DNA of 64,000 bases from Antedon mediterranea (taxonomy: Eukaryota; Animalia; Echinodermata). The stretch's first letter is position 1. Every line of letters starts with the position of its first letter. The stretch is from assembly GCF_964355755.1 (NCBI RefSeq), contig NC_092670.1, positions 5,260,201-5,324,200 on the forward strand, given 5' to 3'. Both the position numbers and the translations under genes were made by a program. This document shows positions 39,453 to 53,751 of this stretch, piece by piece. The notes under the pieces are model-generated. The model had not been told where the DNA came from. It ran no database searches and saw nothing but the letters and a program-made list of their open reading frames with translations.

Positions 39453-42400
39453 ACATTCGTAAATGTTATTTTGGACCATGAAAATGTGTAGTGTTTTTGT
39501 AAATCATGCAATTTTAGTGGATGTCGCGTTTAAGGACCTGAGCATTACTGAGGCAAACATAGAACTAATTAATAGTGTAAAAAGTGGTGTTTATGGGCCT
39601 GGTAGGCTTATGCCTTGCATGGCTGATCATGCAATATATGTGTTGTACAATAAGATCAAACAGTGGTATTGTTATGGTACCTAGCCTTCAGATTTTACAG
39701 CATGTATGGTTCATTGTTCATCATTTCCAATCATGAGTGGTGTAAGCTGGGCCGTAGAAAGAGGTTAAAATCTGACAAAGCAAAAATGGATAATATTTAT
39801 TAATATTGATAGTAATACAAGCTGTACCTAGGGTACGGGGATGATGTCTGCCATTTCGGCTGCGGCCCTGGTGTAAGCCATGCATGTAATATTTTCATTA
39901 CAGTGCATGGCATTGAATTGTGCTTTAGGCCAAGTATTAAAACTCATTCCATCCAACCCTACTAATGATTTCATTTAACTATAGAAAAACCTTGAATAAG
40001 TCAAGTCAATTTTCATCCATAAAATTTTACTCATTTGACATTTGATTTAAATACAATGATGTATAATAAGTATATTCCAAAGGTATTTTTTGCTAAATGT
40101 ATTATATTCAATTGAGATTATGTTTATTATTATAGTTAGTTTATATTTTGTAATAATTTTTAAATATATATAATTGTATTAATATTAATTAATTACAGAC
40201 GTTCTATTAATATTTCTTTTTTTATGATTAATTTCTAAAACTGTGATTACAGTAGAGCCTTTCCTTTGGGACACCCATGATGCTCCCAAATATGGTAGTG
40301 AAATTACATCATCTCTTTATTTCAATATAAAATAAAAATGCTAACTTATCACTAAATTTCAAATGTAAGTATATGAAATTGAATTTATATAATTAAATAT
40401 TTTTAAAATTAAATATTTAATTACAGATATTTTTGCTACTGAAATCATTTGTCTTGCAGTAAATTTTATGGTATGCCCTCACATTTGTAATGCATTACTG
40501 CAGCGAACAGTGTACAGTTACTGCAGTATTTTAAGATATGTTGAATGCTTTAATAAAGTTCTTAGAATATTTTTGGTACATAAATCTATAATTCTATCTT
40601 GTAATAAGTAATATTTATTAATTATTATTTAAGCAACTAATGAATTGTTACTGCAATACTGTACACACAATTTAACATTACAGCATATTGACTGTTAATA
40701 TATTTGGCTACAATTATCTCACACTGTGTTTATTTTTAAATTTGAAATAACTTGACTGTTACTGCTAGTGAAGAGTGAACAGTTTGTTAGAAATGTTGTA
40801 GCATGTTTGAAGACAAAATAAGATGTTTTTATTGCCTTGATTGATGTAATATAACCTATGTGTAACGTAATAGTGTCATGATATACCAAGACCAGCAAAA
40901 AAATGCAATATGTGTCATGTTTCGTCCGCATTGTGTTTGGTTGTTGTTATCACTGAGGGAGCTGTAAAATAAGTTGAATAGAAAGTTGAGTGAATGATCG
41001 AAATATTTAAAACAAAAATTGATGTAGCATATTTTGCAATATGAAAATGACTAATTGTCTTAATTGTAAATACTATAGAAATAAAAACTAATAATAAAAT
41101 ATGAGTAGTAAATAATATATATACTATATACTTATACGATTTGTTATTATTGCTAATTAGTATTACTGTACTAAGAATATATTCATAGGAGTATTAATTT
41201 TGATGAACCATTTTATATACCTTAATCATTTTTCTTGTTTTTATTTTGCTTTTGTGATTTGTAGACAGGCTTTATGATGATGCTTCACATGCCATACAGC
41301 AGCGTTTGTCGTGAAACCTAAACATACTTAGCTATGCATCATTCACACTGTATACAACAGCCTTCCACTTGTTGTTTATATTAATATAATTCAATATACT
41401 ATGTTACTTAATATTATCTGTATATTATGTTTTATATTTGCTTTACATTGTTACTCATGTACAGTACGGCTAACAGATCGTTTACCATCACACGCGGGAA
41501 ACTAGCGTGTTATTATCGAGTGAAATTCGTGTGTGGATCCTCTATACTATACTAGATTCAAATAGGAACTAACTGAACCTCGCAATGCACGCGTGTCATA
41601 CGCCAGTAAATGGTAAAGATCTCGTTTTATCACTACTGTACATGGGTTTTTTACTGGTGTTTTTTTTATGTGTAGACGCCATAAGTCGTAATATTAACAT
41701 TGATTATAAAAAAATATACAATAGTATAACATTCCATCGTTACTAGAATAAAATGTCCAAGGATGTTGAGATTTATTGTTTTAGTCAGTAGTCACTTTGG
41801 AGTAGCGGGGCGACCTAAAATGCTATTTGATAGCTTGCACAATTAGTTCTATGTGTTTCTATTTTCCTTCATGAGATAAATTGAAGGTAAATGAGGTGTG
41901 GTTACGATTAGTAGGGCCTCTAATACAAAATAACTAAACAGGTACCTGCACCGGTATTGACTCTGTGTGTCAAATAAATATTAGATTTATTATAAAAATA
42001 GGTAAGAATAAGTTGGGCACGACGCTTCGGTTGGTCTACCACAGTACAGGAATACTCGGGTGCGATCTATAACTCTAGCATAGGGTGGAGAAAGTGAATT
42101 ATAAATATAAAATGAAATATAATAATAGACAATATTAAACAATAACACCTATGAATATAGAAGAATATCTTTCAGAAAAGATAAGAATTGAACCTAGCTG
42201 GATCATGTACAAATCAAAAATAACCTATTGATTTACTGTAGTAGGTATGATAGGTATAATTAATAGTTTTAATGTCCACGTCATACGAGTTGATTTAAGA
42301 AAAAACTTAAAGGAAACTTATAAAACCATCATAATTAAACATTCTTTGTTCGAAAGCAGTTGTTTAATTGAGAAACCATAACTATTGCTATCATATTAAT

Positions 42401-42561
42401 TTTCACTTAATTGATGACGGTATTGTGTAGGCCTACTCATTTTCGCAGGTACCCGTTTAGGGTATCACGAAACATTTAAAAGTCGACTAACGTTTTGCAA
42501 ATCTCACAAACAATCTTGTCAACTAAAGGAAGATCAACGCTATTGACTATAGACAGATACT

Positions 42562-45020
42562 ATGGCAAACTTTAGTGGTAAATATCTCGTAGAAAATAAG
42601 GAGAATGTTGGTGCATTTTTAACGGCTATTGGTAAGTTTCCGATCATCAATATCTTTCGTAGGCCTAGCTTTCGTAGGCCTAGCTTATTTGATAAAATAA
42701 AACTAGGCTAGTATCGAAACACGCTTAGGATTCGATGTTTTGAATTATTTAAATGTACTGAAATTATTTAGTGGACAATCTGGTATATTTTTTTTTGTTT
42801 TACCACCTATATCGGGTTCTATATTTAATTGTATAATTTAAACATTTTGTGCTAACTGTCTGTGTGATAATATAAATGTGTTAATATATTTGGTACACCA
42901 CGAAAACGCATGGTTTAATTTGGAGGAAGTTACCAGTTAAAGAGTGTTGAAAGGAAGAGAATGAATGCCTCCATGATGTGATAACGAAATATTGGTTTTA
43001 GGACATTAGTCATTATTGAATAAAGTTTAATCAAAATAATTGTTTGTCAGGAGTACCTAGACTGAGCGTGAAACGTGGATATTAATTCAGTTTTATTACG
43101 CTCCTCCTATGTAATATAATCCGAATAATATGCTGGTTATAGTTATGAGTTAAATAATTACACCATCATCATTGTTCCACATAATATTTTACACTTTTGA
43201 GTGTAAGTAGGCCATTACCATTCTGTAATCTTGATAAAGTACTGTACAACACTATTTGAATGTTAGTCTGGGTTCCAGACAGAGTTTCGACTTAATATTA
43301 GTAAAAAGATATATATTTTGGCACATATGGCGTTTCATACGTATACTACTATACTACTCGAAATAAAATGTGCATGTACCGTATCATCTATGCCACTTCT
43401 ATGTTTTAGGACTATTTGTTTGTTGAAAGTATTATCACAGTGATGTTTAGAAGTTTGCATTTGCGACACCCTGTTGGCTCCACAAACTTCGAAACATTCT
43501 CAACAATACATTATTTCTTCCAGGAAACACGCACACATGGTGTACCGCCAACCTAACTTTACTGATTAAGTTTAAAGTACCTGAAATTGACGGATATTTT
43601 ACCTAAAACCATATTTGTTTTCAGGTGTCGGCCATGCTGCACAAATGATGGGAGGAATGATGAAGCAGCAGATTGTAATTGAGCAAGAAGACAACAAAGT
43701 CTCGTTTACTACAGTTGTTGGTTCGTTCAGTCTCGGGGCAAGGCAGTTTACTTTAGGCGAATCAAAAGACGAAACCCTAAAACATTCTAATCTTGAAGCT
43801 AAGGTATAAAAATGTTTTTTCTAACGTCAGATATCATCATCAGTTTTAATAACGCACCCAAAAAGCAATGATAAGAATACATTTTATATACAGGTTTTAG
43901 TCAATTCTTATTAATGTTCGGCTTTTTCCAAAAAGGTGCGCCCGATTCATTCTAACTTACTATATACAAGCAAAAATGAAATTGTGAACTTCTTCGGTTT
44001 TGTTTATCATCTAATATCATAAGTATACATTAAAAGCTTTTTAAAATTGTCAAAAATTCGACGCTGAGGAAGTAGGCCTACGACCAAATCCGGCTGTGAA
44101 TTGAAACTAATCCCCGTGATACAATAGGCGGGACAAAGGTATAAAAGTCTTCCATAGATGATCCATTCCGGAATTGTGGCAAATGAATATTTCTATAATA
44201 TTAAGTCTAAGCCTAGATTGAGTGTTGAAATCTGCTCGGAGCAGGTGTGTTAAGGCTCAGAAATTACCATTAGGTTACCTCTGAGAAAAACAACTAGAGG
44301 AAATAATAATAATACATGAGCACAAATGTATCACTCCCACATAATGCCTTCTGTTAAAGATACAGACACAGAAAAACTTTATTTCAACATTCACAGGAAT
44401 GTACATGTTTTTAAGAATATAGCGATGATGATGTAGAAAAAATTGTAAATTGTGTTTTCCTTTCGCTTCAGGTTCTTCTTGAATTACAAGACAAGAAACT
44501 AATTTTGACAGAAACTCCAAAAGACGGACTCCAGCGCGTTATTACAAAAGAGATGCTAGAAAATGGAAATCTGAAAGAGGTAATCTAATTATTATGATAA
44601 TATGTACGGTAACTAGCAGTGATGGTGAAAATGTGAAAAGAAAGTAAACACTAGCGACCAATCACAAGCGATGGATTATTCGAAAGGTGGCTTGTCATTG
44701 GTCAACTCGCTTGCGTTGCGCGTACGTCCTTGCGTTGGAAGTTTGAAAGAAGTAATCTAATTAGAATAACCAATTTTGATTGAAATATAAATTAGGATAA
44801 TAGTGATTATGATGATAATAAATGCAAAAATAAAGTAAAAGATTAAAGAACGAAGAGAAGAGAAATACATTTCATAATAACTTGTTCTCAAATCTCGACC
44901 ACCAATCCAATATTTAGGAGAATCGGTATTTTTGTTTATAATCCATTCTTTCTATTTTTTCAGACTTCACAGATTGGTGACATTGTTTCTACATGTACTT
45001 TAAAAAAGCTTGAAGAATAA
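42562..45020 (+). CDS. Intracellular fatty-acid/lipid-binding protein (FABP/iLBP family), divergent, about 137 aa
   Basis: Canonical 4-exon iLBP layout: 42562-42631 (MANFSGKYLVENKENVGAFLTAIG), 43625-43803, 44472-44579, 44964-45020 (TSQIGDIVSTCTLKKLEE*). The N-terminus resembles liver-type FABP1 (MSFSGKYQ..QENFEAFMKAIG). Confidence 0.85.
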
Positions 45021-46496
45021 GTCCTACAGTATAAAATCCCTGTGTCTCAATAAGCGAAACGTTTACCACCCGCGCCAATCCTTTAATTATGAGTAGGCCT
45101 ACTTGTGTGCTTTTCATAAAATGCAGATGGATGGAAACGCCTGTACATAAACCGGTCTTCCAATTCGCATGAAGTGAAAAGTGGTTATTCTTGAATTGCC
45201 TCAACCTACTGAAACTGAACTGAAATAATGATACGTTCGGTTGATTCAACTACAGTTAGACCTATATAATGTATTAGTAGGCCTATCTATTATTAACAAA
45301 TAACAATAATAGAAATTTAGAAATATTTATTTTAATTTTAAAATATATGTGATTTATTTTAAAGGCCCTTTAAGTTGTCAATAAATGTACGGTGACGTAC
45401 ACGAATTAAAACACATTTAATCCAAGAATGTTTCAATGCTTTGTCTCCGAAATTGTAAAACAATCGAATAACTTTTTAATGATTTTAAGTGAGATTTTCT
45501 TGCAGTGCCTATATAAACCAATAATAAATATGCACAATGTTTTAGAGTATAGAGAACCGACGAACACGGGTCATAGGTTAAAAGATAGAATCTAGAATCC
45601 GCACCTTTTTCCTATTTAACATGAATAGGCCTAATGCGGAATGTCATAATCATAACGATAATTATGATTATGTTTTTTGTTTTGAATATTTTTATTTTAA
45701 TGCGGGTTTAAACAAACATGTTTTGAATCCGCATTGCCAAAATGTTTCAGTTTTATCAATAAGGTTCTACGATAAAGGCCGCACATGCTACTGGATAAGG
45801 ATCATGGGTTTGCCATGTGTTCATTTATCTATCTTATCAATATCTTATCAATGTTTAAACAAGTCACTATTATACACTCATTCAATCTACAGCACGATAC
45901 TAAAAGACGAAATGGCGCTGAAGATGTTGAGCTAGTAGTACGCTGTTTTTGGATTGTAAATTTCGAATTAGGTATGCTATTTTTAACTACACTTTGTTTA
46001 TAACGAATCAAGTTAGGTATATTGCTTAATAATTCGAATATTGTTAGAACACATGGCGTTGATATGTTGTTACTGGCGCAGTGCAGTACCAGTGTGACGC
46101 CCATAATACAAACACAAATTAAGTATTGTATGCAATGCGTTACAAACATAACTTAACATTATTACATAATTATAGTGAGTAGGATTCCAACCCTCTCTGT
46201 CGAAAAGGTTTCCAATGTCTGGAGTCTTTAGAAAAAGAGGAGAGATACACGCGCAGATGATTCAATTTGATATAATTAATGTTGTTCACATGAAATTAAG
46301 GATTCGCGAGTTCGCATCACATGTTCTGCTTTTCAATTCGAGAATTAGACCTGTATAAATTCCTTTTTTTTTCAAAATCAATTTGGAGACTTTTCAAAAA
46401 GATGAACGACGCATGCACTCAAATAATTACAATAATTCAAACGACACTAATGACATTACACTATTGTTGTTATGTAGGACTTTGTTTGCATATACA

Positions 46497-49400
46497 ATGG
46501 AGCATGCATTCGATGATATCGTGTGGATGATTGTGGTAGGCTTCATACTATCGTTCGTGTTAGCATTCGCATTAGGTGCCAATGACGTCGCAAATTCGTT
46601 TGGAACGGCTGTGGGATCAAAGGCACTTACGTTGCTACAGGCATGTATCTTAGCTACCATATTTGAGACACTGGGAGCAGTTCTTCTAGGAGCCAAAGTA
46701 TCTGATACAATTAGAAAAGGACTGTTTGATGTTGGACTTTATGATGATAATCCGCAACTGTTGATGGTTGGACAGATATCAGCTCTAATCGGTAAAGTAT
46801 ATCAGATCAAAACAAAATTCAACCAACTTCTTTCTTATCATTTTACCATATAAATATGTTTTAATAACCAAATAACTAAGAACTAGTTAACGCTCTTCAG
46901 TCAGATAATATCTTGTCATAAATGAATAAAAATGAAGAAATACATAAACTCGTCTTTTGCAGAAACTTAGCTTATATGAAACTTTAACCTAGAATGTCCG
47001 ATAATAATTGTTTATTGAAATAAAGTAAGAAGAATATCCAACGGAACCGAGTTAAATGAATAAAACACTCAGGTTTTCAATTAAAGTAAACTTTTACAAA
47101 TCAATCCATCGCTTCCATCAAGGAAGGCTGTAACATGCAAAAATCACTGCTAGATTCTAACCCGGATGTATCAAGGCAATATACCGATTGCTTATAGAAT
47201 AATACAATTATTAGTTGACTGAATGATTCTACCATTGAAACGGCACATTCGATTGATAGTGTAAGCGGTACAATAACTTAATAAAAGTAGTTGAATACTT
47301 ATCTACTTTTAAACTAATTTATTATTTCTATAAAAAAATGAGAATATTTTCGAATACTTGAAATTCGACCTTTTTCAATGTGTTTATTATTTTGTCATCC
47401 GTTTGTTTTTTATAATAAAAATAGGTTATAATGAAAAGGTATTTAATATATTTAACTGCAATGTTTCAATTTTAGCTGCATCAACATGGCTTTTGATTGC
47501 AACTGCTCTTAAGCTACCAGTATCTGGAACTCACAGCACGGTGGGGGCGATGCTGGGATTTCATCTCGTAGCTTTTGGTGCTGAGGGTGTGAAATGGAAA
47601 GAAATTATTTTAATAGGTTAGTTTAATCATTGGCGTCCACTATTAAATCATCGTTGAATTGGTATATGGTGATTTGGACTTCGTAGTCGCATTGTAAACA
47701 CACTGCTACGAATGTTATCTACTCCTTCATCTGTCATCAATCACGCCTTCTTTTTGGTATTCGTCATGACTATTCAAGATTGCATTTTACAGTATATTAA
47801 TTTTATATTTTTATTTCACACGTCGTCAATATTATAATATATATTATAATACTTAATTTTACCGTACAATTGTTCTTGAAGTTTGAATTTTAAACCACTT
47901 CAGATAAAAGTCATTACACTTTATGACGTCACACAATTCCAGTGACTACAACTTTCTAATAAACATGTGTGTTTTTGTTCTGCATTTGAGATTATAAATT
48001 ATTCTATCCTCTTCTTTGCAAGTTTGTTCCTGGGTAGTTTCTCCACTTACGGCAGGGATTGTTTCAAGTTTAATATTTATTGCTTTTAGAAAATACGTAA
48101 TGGATAAGGTTGGTTAACTTTAATAATGTTTATGATAAATAAATAATTAATCATTATCAGTGGCTATAGGTTACTAAAATCTATGCATGAAGAACATTTA
48201 AAGGAAACAATAGTTGATTATGATCGCAATTGAACGAATGTAATACAATAACAAACATACCTGATGACCACGAAATGTATCTGTATTACTGTACATGTGT
48301 AAATATAAATGTCTATATTGTGAACATTTTGAGACCAAACAAAGTCTCTACCTTTAGGCCTATTAGTTACCAAAAATAGCTGCCAAAAATGTTCCTCTAA
48401 GAGTTGAGTTGGAACTAATTGATATATTAGTAGACATGTTTCTAAACACTTTGGCAAAGAAAGTTATTGGTAAGCAATTTTTGTCCTAGATTTGCGAAAA
48501 ATGTGTTAACAAGTCCTAATTCTAGAGCGTTATGACATGCTAAGCGTACCGTACAGAGACACTATGAATGTGTGCACACGTGTTTATAACTTTTATTATT
48601 TTTTTAGGAAGAACCTTTGGAACCAGGTTTAAAATCATTACCGTTTCTTTACTGTGTCGTCATAATCATCAATTTATTTTCAATATTTTATGGAGGACCA
48701 GGTGGTGAGTATGCATGCATTACAACGTTGAACATACTGTAGTCACAATTAGATATTTGAATGCATTTTCCCTTAAATCTTAAGTCCATTACAAAATTCT
48801 ATAAACAAATTCAGTTTTATACTGAAAGTACTTGTGCTTCTTAACTTGACTTAGGACAAACAAAAATGTTAATGAATGCAAACCCTGGTGAATAACATTA
48901 ATATACTGTATTTTGATCATCATTATTCACTGTTAATATGTGTTTTTAAAGCAATCGGTGATCTAGAAGCATGGGTAGTGTTTTTAATTGCTCTTGGAGC
49001 TGGCTTTCTCTTTGGTACCCTTGTCTGGTTGGTGTATGTCCCTCGAGTCAGGCAGTCAGTCTTGGGTAAGTTGAATAATCTGTGATTATAGTTAGTATAG
49101 AATTCATGAAATAGAGGATTAGGTAATAAATACAATAGTTAATAAATAATAATATTTGGAACTTATCATTAGTTGCTGAATGTGAAAGGCACCATCGTAT
49201 TCATCAGAAGCAGGAGTTTATAAACTTAGTTTTAATAATTTATAAGTAATAATAAATAATTATTACAAATGATAATAATCTTTGGATCTGACGTCATCTT
49301 CTGTTTCATCATTTGCTTATTGTACTTTACATGATTTTAATTTTTGTTTTGTTTTGTTCAATTTTGTAGGAAATGCTTCAGCAGAAGAATCACCAACTGT

Positions 49401-52400
49401 TCCTAGTATAAAGTACATTAAAGAACATTCGTATTTTCACAATTACGGCATGAATTCTGGTAAGAGAATACGAACAAAAACAACAAATAATTAGCCTCAT
49501 AAATTTAATTGTATGTTAACTTTATTCTTTCCTAAAATTTCAAAAATAAAAATGTTCAACTCTATAGTTTTCAGTTTTAATCAAGTTATTCACTTTCCCC
49601 AAAACGAATCATGCTTTCGCCTCCCAAAGGAAAAAATACTGTAAATGGTCAGATTTAACTAAAATCCCAATTTTAAAAAATAAACCAAAAAAATAAGCAA
49701 CCATTTTCTGGAAGAATTTGAGCATTTTTTTGTTATCCAATTTTTGGTAAAATTGAATAATTATTTTACACATTTTATCTAAAGAGAAAATAAATAATCT
49801 TAAACGGCATGAAATCTTAAATTGCTATTGTTGAAGTTTAAAATGTGAAAGGACGAAACTATATTCAATAATTTGTATAATCTATTATTAATTGTTGTTT
49901 TCCATGTCATAGACGAAGGGCTTAATGGAAATTTAAACGAAAGTATTGATGAAATAAAGGATGTTGATACATTGGAAATATCTTTAAAAGCTGAGAACAA
50001 GAATGTACATTTGCAAAATGGTCAATTAAATTCATCGGATGTCAATTCGAAAAGAAAAGGTATGTAGCCGATACCCAAGAACATGACGTAACTTCGGAAA
50101 CTATCTGAAAAGAAACTGTTTTGCCATTAATTAATGTAGGCCTAGAGACAATCTGGGTAAAGCTTATCGTTGTAGTGTTATTGAAGAAGCATGTTAAAGA
50201 TATAGTTTCCTAAAAAAGCATGAAATATGACGATTAATCAAATATGAATACGAAATGTTGTAGTTATAATAAAGTTAATCACTAACAAGGTTTTCCATTA
50301 TACAAAGACAAAAAATAAACGGTTAAATTTAATCCAAAACTGGCTGGCAATTTTTTTTTTCGTATTTTTGGGTAAATATTTTTTCACTCCCATTTTTGGT
50401 CAAAGTGAATAACTATTATGTGACATTAAAGTGGCATATTCAACACAGAAATGTTTAAGAGGGGGGGGGGGACAATATATCTTCAAGGCTTCTTAAAATT
50501 AAACACCTTCAACTAAATAGCAGAAGAGCCAGCTCTCGGTACTGTATCTAAACTATGTGTCCACATGTCAATTATTCCATGATGCAGAAGCACATTTGAA
50601 ACACGTATATACTGTAGATTGAAAACTAACATTCTATGGGAATTCTAGGGAACGCATTTGATAGTACAGACATTCCTTATGATACTGGACAAAAATTGTC
50701 ATAAGTCGGGTTAGAAGATCGTATGACCGCATTATATCAATAAAGTCTTAAAATAAACCATGACGTCTGACCGGTAATGCGCGATACCTCATTGAATGAT
50801 ACGAAGTGTTGGTGATATATTGACATTAATTTAAATTATTTCAGAAGACAATATTTCTGTCGGCAATGTTAGCACATCAAGCATCATCAAAACGGAAGCT
50901 ACGAACGGTGATGTAGCAACATATCAGCAGCATTCTAAAACACACCAGACATCGCACCAGCAGCACAAGCATAGTAAGGTTTTACCAATAAAGATCTATC
51001 TTAACCTTTAAAATAGTAGACCTACACTGAATGCATATTCACACAAATGGATATAGAATAGTATTAATTATAGGAATATCGATTTTCATCAGATACAATT
51101 ATTTTGGTACGAATATCATTTAATGATAATGATAATGCCCGTTTGTATAGCGTCCATGCATTCCAGCAACCATTGCTCGTGGAGCTGTTGACTCGTACTT
51201 TTCAACTGCATGATTCTCCCGTAAGGGAATTATATTAGTGGTGCCAATTCAGGCACTCTCTCATTATTCCAGTGGCTGTACTGTACTAACCAGTTCATGC
51301 GTAACGACCTACTCATTTCAAAAGATGTACTAGGTCTATTAAAGCGCACACATAATGTTATGTATACTGAACTGAACCTATGGTCTAAAATAATCTAGTT
51401 TGATCAAGGTGATCGACCATCTCTGAAGCCTAAATCAGAAAGACACCATTCCCGTTTTGTTAGAGAACATCTTTAAACGCAAAACCGCTAAAAGTATGTT
51501 TTATTCATAGCAACGCCAAGACATCGCACTTTTAGTACGACAAGTCGTCATGCTGATGAACCGGAATGGCAAGAAGTGAAAGATCATCCACATGTCACAA
51601 AAATATGTCTGCCACTGCAGATTTTATCATCAGTATTTGGTGCATTCGCACATGGTGGAAATGACATTAGGTGAGTTTGTGTTAATTGGTTGCATATTCC
51701 ATGATAAATATGGACGCAATGATGGTTCTCTATTTTGCATACATCGGATCTCAAATTCTCTGGTTGTATAGTCTTGTCTTCCTGAAGCTGGTCATTTTAC
51801 GTCTTCCCACCTTTCTTTCCATTGAGTTGGTCTCCATGTAACTATAAGTTGGACAAAACCCTTCCTTTCTGTCTTTGGCAATGCCCTGCAAATTACAGTT
51901 GCCTCACTGCTAGTTACCTTTGGAAGAGTTCTTAATTTGTCATGTAAACATTCCAGCTTGCGTCAAGAATTCTGGGGCAGCATCCACCAAAACTCATTCG
52001 GTCTAATAATATAAAGTTTTCTCTGTAACATTATTCCGAAAAGCTTTCTTTCAGTAACGCCATAGGACCATTCGTGGCATTGTGGGTCATTTACACAACC
52101 GGTGATGTCCAACAAGAAGAACCGGTTGCAATCTGGATTCTAGTTTATGGATCAGCTGGCGTAGCAGTCGGATTGTGGGTACTTGGGAAAAGAGTTATTG
52201 AGACAGTTGGCGAGGACTTAACACCTTTAACGGTTTCAAGGTTTGTAGACGTACTTCAAAACAGTAATTGACGATTATCTGTCAAGAAGGGAGCCTTTGA
52301 TTTGCGACGATATAGCGCAGCGTAAGCAATTTGACCAATCACAAGCGATAGATTATCCAAACTATAGTTTTTTATTGGTCAGCTCGATTGTGTTCTATTT

Positions 52401-52763
52401 ATGCAACAAGGCTTTATAAGGAAGCACATGTAAATAGTAAAATTGTTCTGAAAGTCAATTTCGTAATTCGTAACCAATAATATTGGATACAATTCTTATT
52501 TTGTTTTTTTATCTATCTGTAGTGCCTTTACAATTGAACTTGGTTCAGCAACAACCGTTCTAGTTGCCTCTAACCTGGGAATACCAATAAGCACAACACA
52601 TTGTAAAGTAGGATCAGTGGTTGCCGTCGGGTGGGTGAGAACAAAAACAGCAGTTGATTGGAAGTTGTTCTATAGCATAATTGCAGCCTGGATCATCACT
52701 CTTCCTGCCACTGTTGGTCTTAGTGCTCTGTCGATGTTCCTGCTTCAGAAAACTGTAGTGTGA
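46497..52763 (+). CDS. SLC20A: Sodium-dependent phosphate transporter, SLC20/PiT family, about 561 aa
   Basis: Exons 46497-46791, 47476-47616, 48023-48108, 48608-48704, 48952-49065, 49370-49459, 49913-50059, 50845-50973, 51511-51670, 52055-52240, 52523-52763. Signature motifs [53 protein letters not shown]. Confidence 0.95.
50390..50485. mobile_element. Solo right end of the Kolobok-type family (SLC20 intron)
   Basis: CAAAGTGAATAACT..TATGTG..ATTAAAGTGGCATATTCAACA...GGGGACAATATATCTT matches 7790-7880. Confidence 0.6.
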
Positions 52764-53147
52764 ACAGGGAGTTGGATTTTAATAATGGTGGTATGATAAC
52801 ATAAGTCGTATCATAATATGTTTTACCAGATTAACAGTTCATAGGAATATCCGGTAATGCAAGCTCATGTGTGGCACAAGTGTGGCTGTATCATGTTAAG
52901 GTTAAGATATGAGTATGGCCTATGATACTAGACAATACATGTGCAATTCATGTGATGCTTTATTACCAACATATCTATGTAATACTGGGAAAATTTAGAT
53001 AGAACAGAGAACCGGGTGCCTGTTTTGAAAATTCCAATCAATAAGAAAATCAAAAAGCCAGTAACCTATGTTCCACACAATGCAGAATTCAGCGACTTTA
53101 TTATTATGAATTACAGGAAGCAAATAGGGAATTGATGAGAGGGGAGG

Positions 53148-53751
53148 TTATTACCTCCACCAAGGAGGTTATGTTTTCACCCCTGTATGTTTGTGTGTGT
53201 GTTTGTGTGTGTGTCTGTGAACAGCCTGGAGGCCACAGTTTTTATCCGATTCTAACCAAATTTGGACACAATGATCTATGCCCAAAAAGCTCGGACGAGT
53301 TCGAATTTGAAGGGGAAAGGTCATAGGTCAAGGTCACAACTAACAAAAAACTATTTTACTGCCTAGAGACCACAGTTTTGATCTGATTCTCACCAAACTT
53401 AGCCACAATGATCAATGACACATCATATAATTGTGGTTAAATTTTGAAGGGTCAGGGTCAAAGATCAAGGTCCACAAAAAAACAAAACAAAAAAGAAATG
53501 AAAAAATTATAAAAAAAAAAACCCCTCAATGGGACTTGAACCAGCGATCTCAACTGTGAGAGGCTGGATACATAACCATTACACCACACTGTCATCCACA
53601 ACTGTGTAGTGTGCAGTTAACATATTTACACTTAGAACTAATAAAAGAACTAATAATAAAAAAAAAAAAAAAAAAAAATATTCAGGGGGCATTTTATGTA
53701 GGGAAATTTTACAGTAGGCGGAGGTTTGTACTCTCGGAGTATCCTCTAGTT
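53148..53751 (+). mobile_element. Helentron-associated non-autonomous element (HINE/DINE-1-like)
   Basis: 5' TTATTACCTCCACCAAGGAGGTTATGTTTTC, then a (GT)n tract and two internal units of about 130 bp (GCCACAGTTTT..GATTCT..CCAAA..GGTCAAGGTC). 3' subTIR GGCGGAGGT, hairpin TACTC-TCG-GAGTA, end CTAGTT. Confidence 0.78.

Noticed and set aside
46427-46696. 89-aa antisense ORF
   Set aside because: It is the shadow of SLC20 coding exon 1.
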